From Diadema antillarum (lineage: Eukaryota), in NCBI RefSeq assembly GCF_040938485.1, contig NW_027271421.1:438567-502566 (forward strand): 64,000 nucleotides of DNA, read 5' to 3'. Of the stretch, positions 26,152-37,470 are shown piece by piece. The notes beneath the pieces are model-generated. The model was not told the origin of the DNA. It was given only the letters and a program-made list of their open reading frames with translations, and searched no databases. The translations under genes were made by a program, and so were the position numbers. Each line of letters opens with the position of its first letter. Position 1 is the first letter of the stretch.

Positions 26152-26499
26152 CTGCACCATAATGTACACGGACAGAGGGTGAAAGAGAACGAGAGCAAGT
26201 AAGAAAACAATATTTAGACCTATATTTTACAGCTTCGGGGAAGTGCATGCTCTTACCAGGGAGGTGGAAGAGAAGTGTTTTCCACCTCGCTGCTCTCACA
26301 CAGTTTTTACAAGCCTTACCTTTAATTTTTACATAAGAAGCATCACTCGCAGGTTGATAATGGTAAAACACGTGACAAATGTTGTTTGGACGTCTATGAA
26401 ACTGCCTTTTCAACTATTTTTTTTCTTTCGTAGGATCAAGTATATATGAAAATGGTCGCAGTAACCAATTAATTGCTCGTGCATTGTATACTGTGGGAA

Positions 26500-26800
26500 T
26501 TTTATCAATAAGTCACAAAGCCCACGAGCTCGACACTAAGTAAACAAGGCCCACAAGTCCGATGCTCATTACATTACTGGGCTTAAGCAATGTCGGTCTC
26601 GTGGGCCTTGAATTGTTTGCCTATAGTGTCAGACTCATGGTCCTTTTTTATCTAGTGTCGGACACGTGGGCCTTGGTTGTCTACTGTCTGACTCATGGGC
26701 CCTATTTGCCTTGCGTCAAGCTCATGGACCATTTTTCATTGTCGAGTTCGTGGGCCGTAATGACTCGTGGGTATCGGGCTCGTGGGATGACTCCAAATCA
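26500..26800. repeat. Minisatellite, unit about 30-35 bp (tgtcrgwctcrtgggccyt...), about 7-8 copies
   Basis: A recurring gtgggcc/ctcatgg core is read directly, in P3 intron 2. Confidence 0.5.
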
Positions 26801-26925
26801 AAGCCTAGATTGTTCCTAAAATATCGAGGCGTCATATCTTTAAATTGAAGAGAAAATGGAATTAGACAATCCAGCCTGAGCCATCTCGTGAGAGGGACAG
26901 ATATTACTCACCTTGTTATGCTCAC

Positions 26926-27102
26926 CTTGTTACTCGGGGAGTACACGTTCAGATAGAGACAGTCCTCTGACATGTAGGGGATTTCAGTGTTGTTAACCTG
27001 CAGGCAGGCTGAGGCAAACTCGGTGGCGTTTCTCTCGCCCGTCCATGGAGTCTTGCTCACTGGCTTAGCGAAACGAGCAGGTGGATTGGCGTAAGGAACT
27101 CC
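26926..27102 (-). CDS. P3 exon 2 ([59 protein letters not shown])
   Basis: Acceptor cctgtag|GGA, donor aag|gtgagc, 177 nt. Confidence 0.8.
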
Positions 27103-27498
27103 CTACAGGCACCAACAGAAATTGTCAATAATTTTGGCTCATGTATCATGCTCACTGATAGAAGTAACATCAAGATTTCACGAGCCAATGATATACATAT
27201 CAACAGCACTGATATTAACATCACGAAGTGTCATTGAATGCAATTGTTATATTAACATCTCTCGTAATTAAACAAGGGCCGAAAACAGTTGAAATAAAAT
27301 ATTAAGTAGAAAAGTGCGGAGGCGTGCACCTTCTCGAGCGCGTCTCTTTAATGAATGTATGATACATCTACTCAAAAGTTCTGCCTTATAACTTTATACT
27401 TTTGTTTCGTCCTTAATCTATAATGTTTACCCATTGAAACGTGTGATTTTAATGGGTTTTTTTTTTCCATACTGACATATTTTTTTCAAGCACTTTAA

Positions 27499-28257
27499 CC
27501 CTAACCAGGCCGGGCTTTTTTGGGTGTTCTGTGGCCGGGGAGGGGTTGATTCAACCCCCCCCCCCCCCCGAGATCTCGGCCATCGATCGCGCAATCGCCA
27601 TGAAATTTGGCACGTGCATTTCCTGTGGCGTATTCTACCACGCTATACAAAAAGAAATGGAAACTTTCATCATAATAATTAATTATGCTAATATATGCAT
27701 AAAATCATATATTTTGCTCTAAATCAGAAATTAAAGCTCCTAGAATCCTAATTTTTGGTGAAAACATTCTTTGTAGCATTCCTAACAATGTACTTGAAAA
27801 AAAAATTGGTATCAAATTCAATTTCTTATGTATTTTATTGTTTTATGAATTTCTTATGTATTTCTTTGTTTTTTCGACCTTTTGTTTTATCATTTTTTTC
27901 CGCAAAATTTATGACAGAACCTATTTCAAGCATAATTATGCTAAAATTAATCAGTTTCAGCCTATGAAAGTGAAAATAATCATATCTTTATGAATAAGAA
28001 GAGAAAACTCCATTTGCATAGACTTTATACACAAAATCACGTTTTTGAGCCATTTTTGGCCTGACACACATGTATAGAATGTCATGCAGCGTCGTAACGG
28101 TATGCGCGATTTTCGCGAAAATGGTGTCAAAAGATGCGCGAGACTTGAAAGTAAAAAGTCAGCGAACGGCGCGGTCAAAAAATTTCGCGCGGCGGAGTAG
28201 TCGCGAAAAATGTCGAGGGGGGGGTTGATTCAACCCCCCCCCCCCGGCCTTTTTAGG
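27499..28257. mobile_element. piggyBac-like MITE (759 bp)
   Basis: Flanked by TTAA at 27495-27498 and 28258-28261. The termini are CCCTAACCAGGCCGGG ... CCCGGCCTTTTTAGGG, that is 5'-CCC...GGG-3' imperfect 16-bp TIRs. A subterminal palindrome GGGGTTGATTCAACCCC sits at both ends. There is no transposase ORF. It lies in P3 intron 1. Confidence 0.55.
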
Positions 28258-28787
28258 GTTAAAGGGGCTGTACAGTACTGGCTGAGGTGGGGATTCATGT
28301 TTTTTACATTTCTAAGTGAGATAATGAGAAACCTCATATGAAATATGAAAGAGCATGACATTTTAAGAAGGATTCAACGTTTATTTGATGAAAATTGGTT
28401 TTCAAATGGCTGAGATATCCAAAAAAGTGATAATAATAAAAGACTACAAGTATACAGGCCACGCATTTTATTAGGATCTCTTTGTTTCACCTTGTTTTTG
28501 GTATCTCAGCCATTTTAAAACCGATTTTCATCAAATAAACTTTTGATGCCCCTTAGAATTGCATGCTCGTTGCCTTCTCATAGAGTGGTTTCTGAATATC
28601 TTGCAAAATGTTAAAAGCTAAATCCTCGCCTCGACCAGAACTGTACACACCCTTTAAAACTATCTCCAAGTTGTTAAAAGAGAGTCATTACAAGCGGCTT
28701 ATTAGTATTTTATATTTAGCCTAAAGGATAAGAGAACCAAACATTACTTGTAAAAGAATGCGTTCAGATATAGCTCATTGGACTCAC

Positions 28788-28949
28788 CAGAAATACATCA
28801 ACATCGACCGTCTTGTTGATGTAAGTGCTTTCGCTGAACCTCACCGTTTTCCCTACCAGGATTCCCTCAGTGACATTCACTTTGGGATCAGCGGACTCAC
28901 CCTTCCCAATGAGGGCAATACTTATCAGCACCACAAAGCCCAATTTCAT
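28788..28949 (-). CDS. P3 exon 1 (signal peptide MKLGFVVLISIALIGKGESADPKVNVTEGILVGKTVRFSESTYINKTVDVDVFL)
   Basis: ORF 28764..28949 with ATG at 28949, donor ctg|gtgagt. Confidence 0.8.
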
Positions 28950-31037
28950 TTTCCCCTCGTGGTGTTATATCGACTGTAACAGCTCAAAATATAGCGTGTA
29001 AGTCGCTGGAAACTATCAAAGAGATCTGTCGGGAAAAGGAGCAAGCATTAAAATTTGTAACAACTGACAGATTTCCCCTCTTTGAAGCCATGCACTATCA
29101 ATTGAATGTCAATGTTTGTCCTGCTTTCCCTTTCCCGCGCTGTCTCAGAAAAAAAAAAAATCACCATTATTGACATACAAGGCTGGATAGCAAGATATGC
29201 AAGTCATGCAATGTTTTGTTGACAGTATTCATCACGGGACTCTTGAAAGAAATATTATCGGGGTCTTCGAGGTTATCAGAGCTACTTAAAACTCCTTACA
29301 CCTTTATTAAATTGAAATTATAACCGTCAACAGGGTCGTTGCGTATGGCAAAGCGGGAAGGTGTGGTATTGCCAGTTGCAGAGATAGGTATTAATCAATT
29401 TTACACCATTATTTTCTGTGTGATATGCTTTCTGTCATAATAAACAAGAATGTTGAATTAATTTCTAGTCGCACTTTATTGCCTTGATGACTCGATGAGC
29501 AACGCAGATTTGTTTGGTGTTTAAATAAATATCTATGTTGAATGTAGATTTTATATGCTTACCTCACTTGTCTTTAAATGCAACAGTCATGACAGTAATC
29601 TGGTTTAGATATGGAGAGGAGTTGACCAACCTAAGTCAAGAGCAGGGATGAGACTGCAAGACATCATGCGAAATACAATTCACTCTAATTTCATTCATTA
29701 TCACTCAATGTTAATTTTAATTGTTTGTCAAATTGCGACTAATTTCATTGATGAAAATGTGAAAGGTGCAAAACTTTGCAAATAATCAAAGATTCCCAAC
29801 GAGTCCGATCCCTGACCACCCGGCCTTCTCGTACATTTGAACTCGACATCATGAACTCGGGGCCATGACAGTGTCAGCGTGTGTCACTGTGTGCATAGCG
29901 TGTCGTGTTTTGTGTAGAATGAATACCGTGTATCAACGCGTGACGTTCATCGCCGAAAAACGATTGTCAACGTTCAGAATAAAGGCTATAAGAAATGCGT
30001 CCTCCTCCATGTTATAGACGGAGATGTTTTCCTGTTTAAAAGAACGTGTACTGATTTTTTTTTTTGTAACTTGGCCTTTTGAAATCAAGCTTTGTTTGAT
30101 GGTGAACCCCTGTACCTTTCCCCAAGTCAATTGTGTATAGTATGATGTATAATGTCTTGCATACATTATATACATTAATGTAGGGCCTAACATCTAAAAT
30201 AGCATATATCATTTTAGAATAAATTATTTTGGGTACTATCCATATGCAATTTCTTATCAAATGTTATAGATATCACCGAGATGGTAGACCAACGGTACAA
30301 TGTGTGCAGATCATCCATGAATTACAAAAAAAAAAACAAGTTGAAAAGACAAACACAGTCTTGAAGGAAGTCAGATGCTATACCATTTACCATTTAAAAA
30401 TATTGATGACTTCCAGATATTCGTGAAGTTGTGGCATCCATATTCATTAATTGTATATCATTTCATTTGAAAATATATTTGGATAAAGTTTAATCACAAA
30501 GTTGTGAAAAACAACATCAGTTTCCGTCACTTCTTCGCACATACGCAAATGCATACAAACATTAAAAACACGTGGGCAGAGATGCATGGGCATACGTAAT
30601 CACAACTTCAGTTTCCGTCACTTCTTCGCACATACGCAAATGCATACAAACATTAAAAACACGTGGGCAAAGATGCATGGGCATACGTAAAAAGTACAAT
30701 AAATGACAATCAAGATTTTTCCTTGTATCATGTAATCTGTATCACTACACTACAATGTCCATTACACAAGAAGAGCGGCAACAGGAAACGATCGAAGGTA
30801 GCGAGTCTACATCTTCTACTACTGCTGGTGATGATAAGTGTAACTGTAGTAGAAGTCAGTTACGCATCCAAAATCCACCGTAAGAAAATATATAAATCTT
30901 TTCAATTTTCTGCAAGTGCCTATTGTGTTTTTAAATTTGCAGGACGGGATGCACATGTAAAGTTGTCAGTTTCCCGCTGCGTTTTACTAAATGCAGTTGT
31001 AGTTTATAGCTGAAATTCTATATCGCGTAATCAATTC

Positions 31038-31403
31038 GGACGGGCGGTGAGTTGGCTCAGTCGGTTGCGCGTCTGCCTCACGATCACGCGGCCCGGGTTC
31101 GAACCCGAGTCCGAACTGAGCAATATTGTGTGTAAGCATACCGTCCCCTCTAGCAGGAGGCAAAACACTCTGTCCCTCGGATAGGACATAAAATAGAGGT
31201 CCCGTGTATGAGAGAGTAACAACTCATGCACGTAAAAGATCCCGCTTCATTCATTCATCGCAAAGAGCAGGGTGTTTAACCCAGTGAAGTGGTTCCACCT
31301 CTCATCCAACTGGACCCCATGGAAGACCAGCATCATGTTGCTGAATATGGGCTATCCAGCCATCTTCTCAGATGGAAATGAACAAACAACAAACAACAAA
31401 CAA
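31038..31403 (+). mobile_element. tRNA-derived SINE (pol III A box TGGCTCAGTCGG, B box GGTTCGAACCC, (CAAA)n-type tail)
   Basis: A/B boxes read at 31050-31100, and the tail aacaaacaacaaacaacaaacaaa at 31381-31403. A 5-bp direct repeat AATTC flanks both ends. The orthologous site in the duplicated unit (about 52505) is uninterrupted (ctcATTTCtcact). Confidence 0.55.
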
Positions 31404-32906
31404 AATTCTCAATGTTTATTATTTATTTATTATTCGTTCACTCATTATCTAACCATGAGAATACGATAGTGAATTCATGACGTGTGTAATATCACCCCTC
31501 CTCTTATGTTCTACACTGTAATTCTCTTGTGGCTCCTTGTCCACCAAGGTGAATTTCCGAGCACGTTAAAGTCGGCAAACACAAACATTTATGTGTTTAT
31601 CACTACACAGTCGAACGAGATATATACTTCATCTGCGTTGACTGGTAAAGCAAACCACTCTCTGTGCAACGTTCAATTCTATGTATCATCATGAGACAGT
31701 GACCAGGAGTATAATATCCTGCATTTCATTGTTTCAGTCTTAAAGAATTAATACAGTTATTAATTCTATGACATAATGGGGAAATATGTTATATATATAA
31801 AAGTTTAATTCAATGGGTTTATTAAGGTTCATATATCTTAGTTTTGTCTCTTTAAGGTGAAACGTTTGGTACGTTTTAACCATTCTTTCGACTATTTAAT
31901 GATTTAAGCAAACTTATGATACTTACACACTACAATGCAAATTGGACATACACTATGTTGGATTACACACTGAAGAATGACGGGACAGAAAACTGATAGA
32001 TGACAAGCAAGCGGAATGTATGTGCAAATGTCGTGGAGCAAACACTTTAGAGTGTTTATATTGACAATTCCTTTGGAATATCACTGTTGTAGAAAGTATG
32101 TCCTTTAGGATACTCCTGGTCAGATTTAGATTGTTCGTCAGTCATTTGACATGTCGATCATTTTTCCACTAGACAATACTTCACGGCAGAATTCGCTTAC
32201 TCAGGTCTTCGCTTAAGATTTTAATTTAAGAAAACTGCTGTTGTACTTTTATTTACAAGTAAAACCAGAATGACCACATGACTGCCACGTATCCAATGGT
32301 ATCCGCGTTGTTGGTATCAGAAGGGCTCACATTTGATTCTTTTAAGACAACTTTTGAAAACTCAAAAAGAATTTGAATAACGATCAAGAATTACAACAAC
32401 TTTGTCAATCAGAATACGATGATGGACACTGTCAGAGATAACTATGCATGATCAATGTAAATGTAAACATAACAGGTACATGATAAGCCAAAGCATGCCC
32501 CTTAATTCAAATTTTGCATTATACGAAATCATACCAAAAAAAGGTAAAACTATTAGAGAAAATAACACATGAGGCAAAGAGGTCATGTGATCGAAGGAAG
32601 GTCTCGTGTTCGTACGGTGAAGATTTGTAATCAACTTTAGATCTTAGATTGCATTTTATATTATTATAACGGGGAGTTCATGTAACTTTTCATTGCTGAT
32701 TGATAACAATATTTTAATATCTTTTATGATTATTTCAGACACCATGATCTACACACTATGTGCTTCAAGTCATTCTGTTTTGCAATTTCCAGGCAATATT
32801 AAACTGACTCGGGTACTGTGTTGTCAAACTAGCTCCAATTCAAATAAAGACATGTAGATGTAAATCGACTCAGAGCATTCAAGGTAGCTTATACGATCAA
32901 GCCAGA

Positions 32907-33022
32907 TTAACTGCAGGTAGGTTCATTCTTGTATTCCTCGAACGCCTGCTGCCATGCTGTCATCTCAGTCTTCCAGTCATCATAACTTTCCCGCCATTCC
33001 TTCTCAATGTCACTAATGTCGT
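32907..33022 (-). CDS. P4 exon 10 (terminal; DISDIEKEWRESYDDWKTEMTAWQQAFEEYKNEPTCS, stop TAA 32907-32909)
   Basis: Acceptor ctttccag|, phase 1. WAT-like Trp heptad and C-terminal Cys. Confidence 0.75.
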
Positions 33023-33395
33023 CTGGAAAGAGAGTGAGACAGAATGAAGAATCGTTGTAATTACCACAATTAGCGCTCTTTCTTTTTAGAGTTCAAACTT
33101 ACATGCTGCTCGTCTGGCCGTGCAGACCATTGGCAAATCTCAAAAACGTTTTGAAGTTGCTTTTCTGCCGAGGAATTTCTTATAAATCTCATATTTTAGT
33201 GAAGTTCTGTGATTGATGACATCTATACCCAATTTCATTAAAAAACGAAGATGGCACATTCACACTCTTTACCTTGGAAGAAGATATGACGTTGAAAAAA
33301 AATTAAAAAGCCGAAGACAAATTATAAGGTTGATTGCTGAGCAATTTATATCAAACATATAGTATAACGAAGTGATTATGCTCTCGAAAAAATAC

Positions 33396-33577
33396 CTGTA
33401 AAAGCCACGAGCGACGGGAAGTAGTGGTTCCAGAAATGGCACTGCCTGGCTCTGACAGCCCTCCCTGTTGGCAATCCTATGGCTATCTCCTTGTATGTGA
33501 GTTCAGGGATCGTGTACTCTGGCCAGGCGTACTGTCCTTCCAACGGGTCTGAATCCATGCTCGGCTTACTCGGATTT
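33396..33577 (-). CDS. P4 exon 9 (NPSKPSMDSDPLEGQYAWPEYTIPELTYKEIAIGLPTGRAVRARQCHFWNHYFPSLVAFT)
   Basis: Anchored to ORF 33376..33606. Acceptor attgtag|, donor g|gtattt, 182 nt. Confidence 0.8.
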
Positions 33578-34318
33578 CTACAATACATATAATAGTTGCA
33601 ATCCATTAATGCATTAAGTTCTTATTGTTTAAGTGCATTCCTCACACTGTCACATGAAAAATGGAATCAACGTTTTTAAAGGCACTCAGATTTAAAATGA
33701 ATAAAGGAATTATGTCTTCAGTACAATACAATCAAGACTATCATCTATATATATATATATATATATATACATATATATATCGGTAAAGGGGTCTATTCAG
33801 GATTCGGTTGTAGTTGTAAACAGTGCATTTCATTCTTTGTCTTGCTTACATCTGTGCAGAGGTTTCACATTGCTAGCACTTATAAATATGTAACGTTTAA
33901 CTTTGATAATATGTAAATATTCTAAGGCTGTAACTCGTCACATATTTTCACACCTACTGTAGCCCCTCTGTTAAAATGCAATATTTCTCTTCGAGGAATA
34001 TCTCATCTTCATAATGCCGTGGAAACTACTATATTATTGTGTTTTTGTTGTTTCTTGTGTTCGTGATGTCGTGTGTTTTTTGTTAGGCAGCTCACCACAA
34101 GTTCTGCTTTCTGAGGTTCTGCCTTCCTTGTATCGTTATACAACTTTATGTATGTGATTTACAACATGACAAAAATGGAAAATAAATGTTTACAAACTTG
34201 AACTTGAACTTGATCTATCCAGAGCACAGAACAATATCATCACAGATAAGAGGTATTTGTAACTTTTCAAAATATTAGCAAACTATTTCATTTTTAGTAA
34301 ATTAAATGACTGACTTAC

Positions 34319-34513
34319 CCGGACTTGGCAAAGTTGGTCCAGAATTGCATCATCATAACGGAGAGGGCGTTCTCCTCGTCAGTCATGTTGTGTCCTTTGA
34401 CGTGGTAGAGCTCATCAATGAAAGGGACGCCCCACACAAAAGTCATTTCTTCTCCATGTGTCGCGCCAAGCCAAGGAGTGTTGGGAATTGTTCCCTCGTA
34501 TTCATAGAAGCTC
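34319..34513 (-). CDS. P4 exon 8 (catalytic His: SFYEYEGTIPNTPWLGATHGEEMTFVWGVPF...NFAKSG)
   Basis: Anchored to ORF 34315..34566. Acceptor tttttcag|, donor gg|gtaagt, 195 nt. Confidence 0.8.
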
Positions 34514-35983
34514 CTGAAAAAAAAATCATTAAAAGATATCACGCTGTTCTTACTAATACAAAACAACTGTTTTGAAAGTCTCTAACTGACTGTAAGGCAC
34601 AAGTTGAAATAGTTAATTTCACTCAATATACCAATACTCTCAACTTTCTCTCTATAAAAGCGTCTGAAAAAGAAAAAAGCATCGACATCATTATTGTCCA
34701 TGTTAGGAGGAGGTTGCATCTGTTTTGTGTTTGAGAATGGCAGGTAATTTTATTTTGTAAATTATGTATTGATGTGTCGCCAATAACAAATATTGCAAGT
34801 GTTTTACCAAGGTGTGAGCTTTTCCAGGCTTGACAGACCAATGGTCGCACATATTATTTCATGAAAAAATAGCAATTATTACAAACTACATGATTAAGTT
34901 CTGTGAAAGAAATGCTTCCAATTACGGGCATGAGGTATAAGCCTAGTTATGTTGCTGTGTAATTACAATTCGCCAGTTCGTAATTAGCTCATGCACACAT
35001 TGGTACAAGTGACCTTTTTTTTTTTCTCAGTTAGTTAGGCACTTCACTCGTTTTCAATGCGACATAATGCATAAGCTTGCCCGACGTAACAATTTATGGA
35101 ATACAAACAAAGAATGAACTTGCGTTTAAACCAGGTGACCAGAATGGCCAATTGACATTTCAGGAGGCATCCATTTCATTGTTTTATATTGAATGCATTA
35201 ACAACATTTTCTATTGACATTGCCAAATACCATGCAGGCTTACTGTCAGGTGGATGTGCTGGCAAGCGCCATCTAGTCTATGTCATAAGAATGTATGAAT
35301 AATTATCACATCACAGATGCTTATCTCAGTGAAATAAGAAACCAAAACGCCTGTTGTCACAAAATGACATTTTTTTTTTGCTCATGCGCAAAGTGGAACT
35401 ACGAACTGGTGATCAGGCCGGGCTACTAGGTAGATGATAGAGTCGGGGGGGGGGGGGGGGGGGGGCGGAAGGAGGGGTCCTCCTAGGACTTTTGACATAA
35501 ACCACTAAATTAAATTCTAAAAGGGCACATCTTTCTTAAGTATTCTGTAGTTTCTTTAATTTCTGACGTATTTCCTTGTTTATCGACTTTCTGTTTTACA
35601 TTGTTTTTCGATGATCTTTGTCGCCGACACTGCTGCGAGAGTGAAAATACGTCACTGACTGATATCAATCAACCAAAGCAAAAATAAACATTTTTAAACC
35701 AAATTTGACCGAAGGTACATTTACATTGAAATTGTACATGAATTCACGTTTTTGAGCAACTTAGGTCTGAAATGTATGTAGAGCCTTCATAATATTTATG
35801 CGTCATTTCAAAACCGCTCGCCCTGGCGGCGCAAATTTAATCTTAAAAGGTGCGGGAGACCAGAAAGAAAAAGAGTAGTGAAACATCGCAGCAACAGTTT
35901 TTTGTTTTTTGTTGTTGTTGTTTTTTTTTCTTCTGATGGTGACGTATGTTTGGGGGGGGGGGGTCCCAGAAACCCTGCCCCCA

Positions 35984-36992
35984 CATAGTAAAGCTGGTAT
36001 CTCACTGAGCAGCGAAAGTTTGCGAACGTAGCGAATTTGAGATTCGCCAACTTTTCTGACGAATGTTTGCGAAAAATCAAAGTTTGCTTCTGCCAAAGTT
36101 CGCTTTAGCGATGTTTAGCGACAATTAGCAACACTTCAGCGAATGTTTGCGAAAATGTTTGCGAAACACAGGTGGCGACCATTAGCGAATGTTAGCAAAT
36201 GTTAGCGACAATTTTACAAATGTTAGCGACAGTTTTGCAAATATTAGCAACTGTTTGCAAATCCTTTGCGACAATTTTGCGAATGTTCTTGGACCTAGAA
36301 AAGTACCAGGCGATTATGTATAGTCAGACCCATAAAACGAACGTAAAACCTTCCACTGAATTCAGATCTCTTGTGACAACCGTTCAAGATGAATGTCCAG
36401 TATATGGAAATACATTTCTGCCAAGAAGAGGCTCAATGTGTTGCTATCCTTGAAGAGCTGCTTTGTCAGGCTGCTGCTACAGCTATTGTGCAGCATAAGA
36501 GAAATAAAATAAAGAAAAACAAGAAAGGAAGAAGAAAAGAAAGACTGTTTGGGTCAGAGAGTGGTTGTTGCAGAGGACAGACTTCCAGCAATTACATGAT
36601 GGAGATGTCAAGAGCTTCAAGAACTTCCTTAGAGTGGAACCTTGTCTGTTTCAGAAGCTTTTATATAGGAACCATATGGTTACTTGTTCGCTAGCAGTGG
36701 CGAATCAAATAAAAATGTTTGCGACACCGTATTACGACCGCTTGCGAATTCTTACCAGTGTTTTGCGAATGTTTGCAACTGTTAGCGAAAATACAAATTC
36801 GCAAATGTTCGCAAAGAAATTTTGAACATGTTCAAAATTTCTTTGCGACAAGAAAAACTGTTTGCGACAATAAAAACCGTTTGCGAACTTTCTTGCGACT
36901 GTTAACGAGCCTTTTGCAGCCCTTTACGAACCCTGGCGAAATCCCAAATTCGCTACGTTCGCAAACGTTCGCCGCTCAGTGAGATACCCCCT
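35984..36992. mobile_element. Harbinger/PIF-like non-autonomous TIR element (~1 kb)
   Basis: About 50-bp TIRs: GGTATCTCACTGAGCAGCGAAAGTTTGCGAACGTAGCGAATTTG... / revcomp. The interior has GTTAGCGAC/GTTTGCGAA short repeats and a degenerate ORF with ...DGDVKSFKNFLRVEPCLFQKLL..., which resembles the N-terminal motif of Harbinger-type proteins. Direct repeat TAAAG flanks it at 35979-35983 and 36993-36997. It is absent at the orthologous site in P5 (57259-57285). It ends 33 bp from the P4 exon 7 donor. Confidence 0.5.
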
Positions 36993-37024
36993 TAAAGGTT
37001 AAAGGAACTACTCGTGATCCATAC

Positions 37025-37470
37025 TTCGTAGGTACGTGGGTCATGAAGTACTGATAAACGGGCCCGCCGTGTGATGCATGTGCTCTAGTGACATAATCAG
37101 TTGGACAACCGTACAGCAAATCTCCATAGAAATCGACCACCGAGTTAAAGTAATCCGCAGTAATGTCGTCTGCAATACTCCAGTCGGTATACTCCTGATC
37201 TACAGAGTCGAATACGATCGCATCCTCCAGACCGTTGTAGAGAGCCAGCTGGGAGTAAATCGAAGCAAGGTAAGTGGCGCGGTCGTAAGGGGGCGGTGTT
37301 TCACTACCCCAGTAGGCAGGAAAAGATACGTATGGTATCAAAGTCCCCTCGTCCTTGTTGAAGCCGGCAACGATTGGCACATGGGCAAAGTCCCCTTTGC
37401 TATAGAGGTTCTTTGGTGTATCTTCGAGAAACGTACCGTCTACAGTCACTCGATACCCTGCAAGATATAT
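37025..37470 (-). CDS. P4 exon 7 (IYLAGYRVTVDGTFLEDTP...GFNKDEGTL...YGCPTD...FMTHVPTK)
   Basis: Anchored to ORF 36976..37449. Acceptor gctcag|ATA, donor aa|gtatgg, 446 nt. Confidence 0.8.

Noticed and set aside
31040-31115. A bona fide tRNA gene
   Set aside because: A/B boxes are present, but the acceptor stem does not close and the sequence continues into a 300-bp body with a (CAAA)n tail and a TSD. It is a SINE head.
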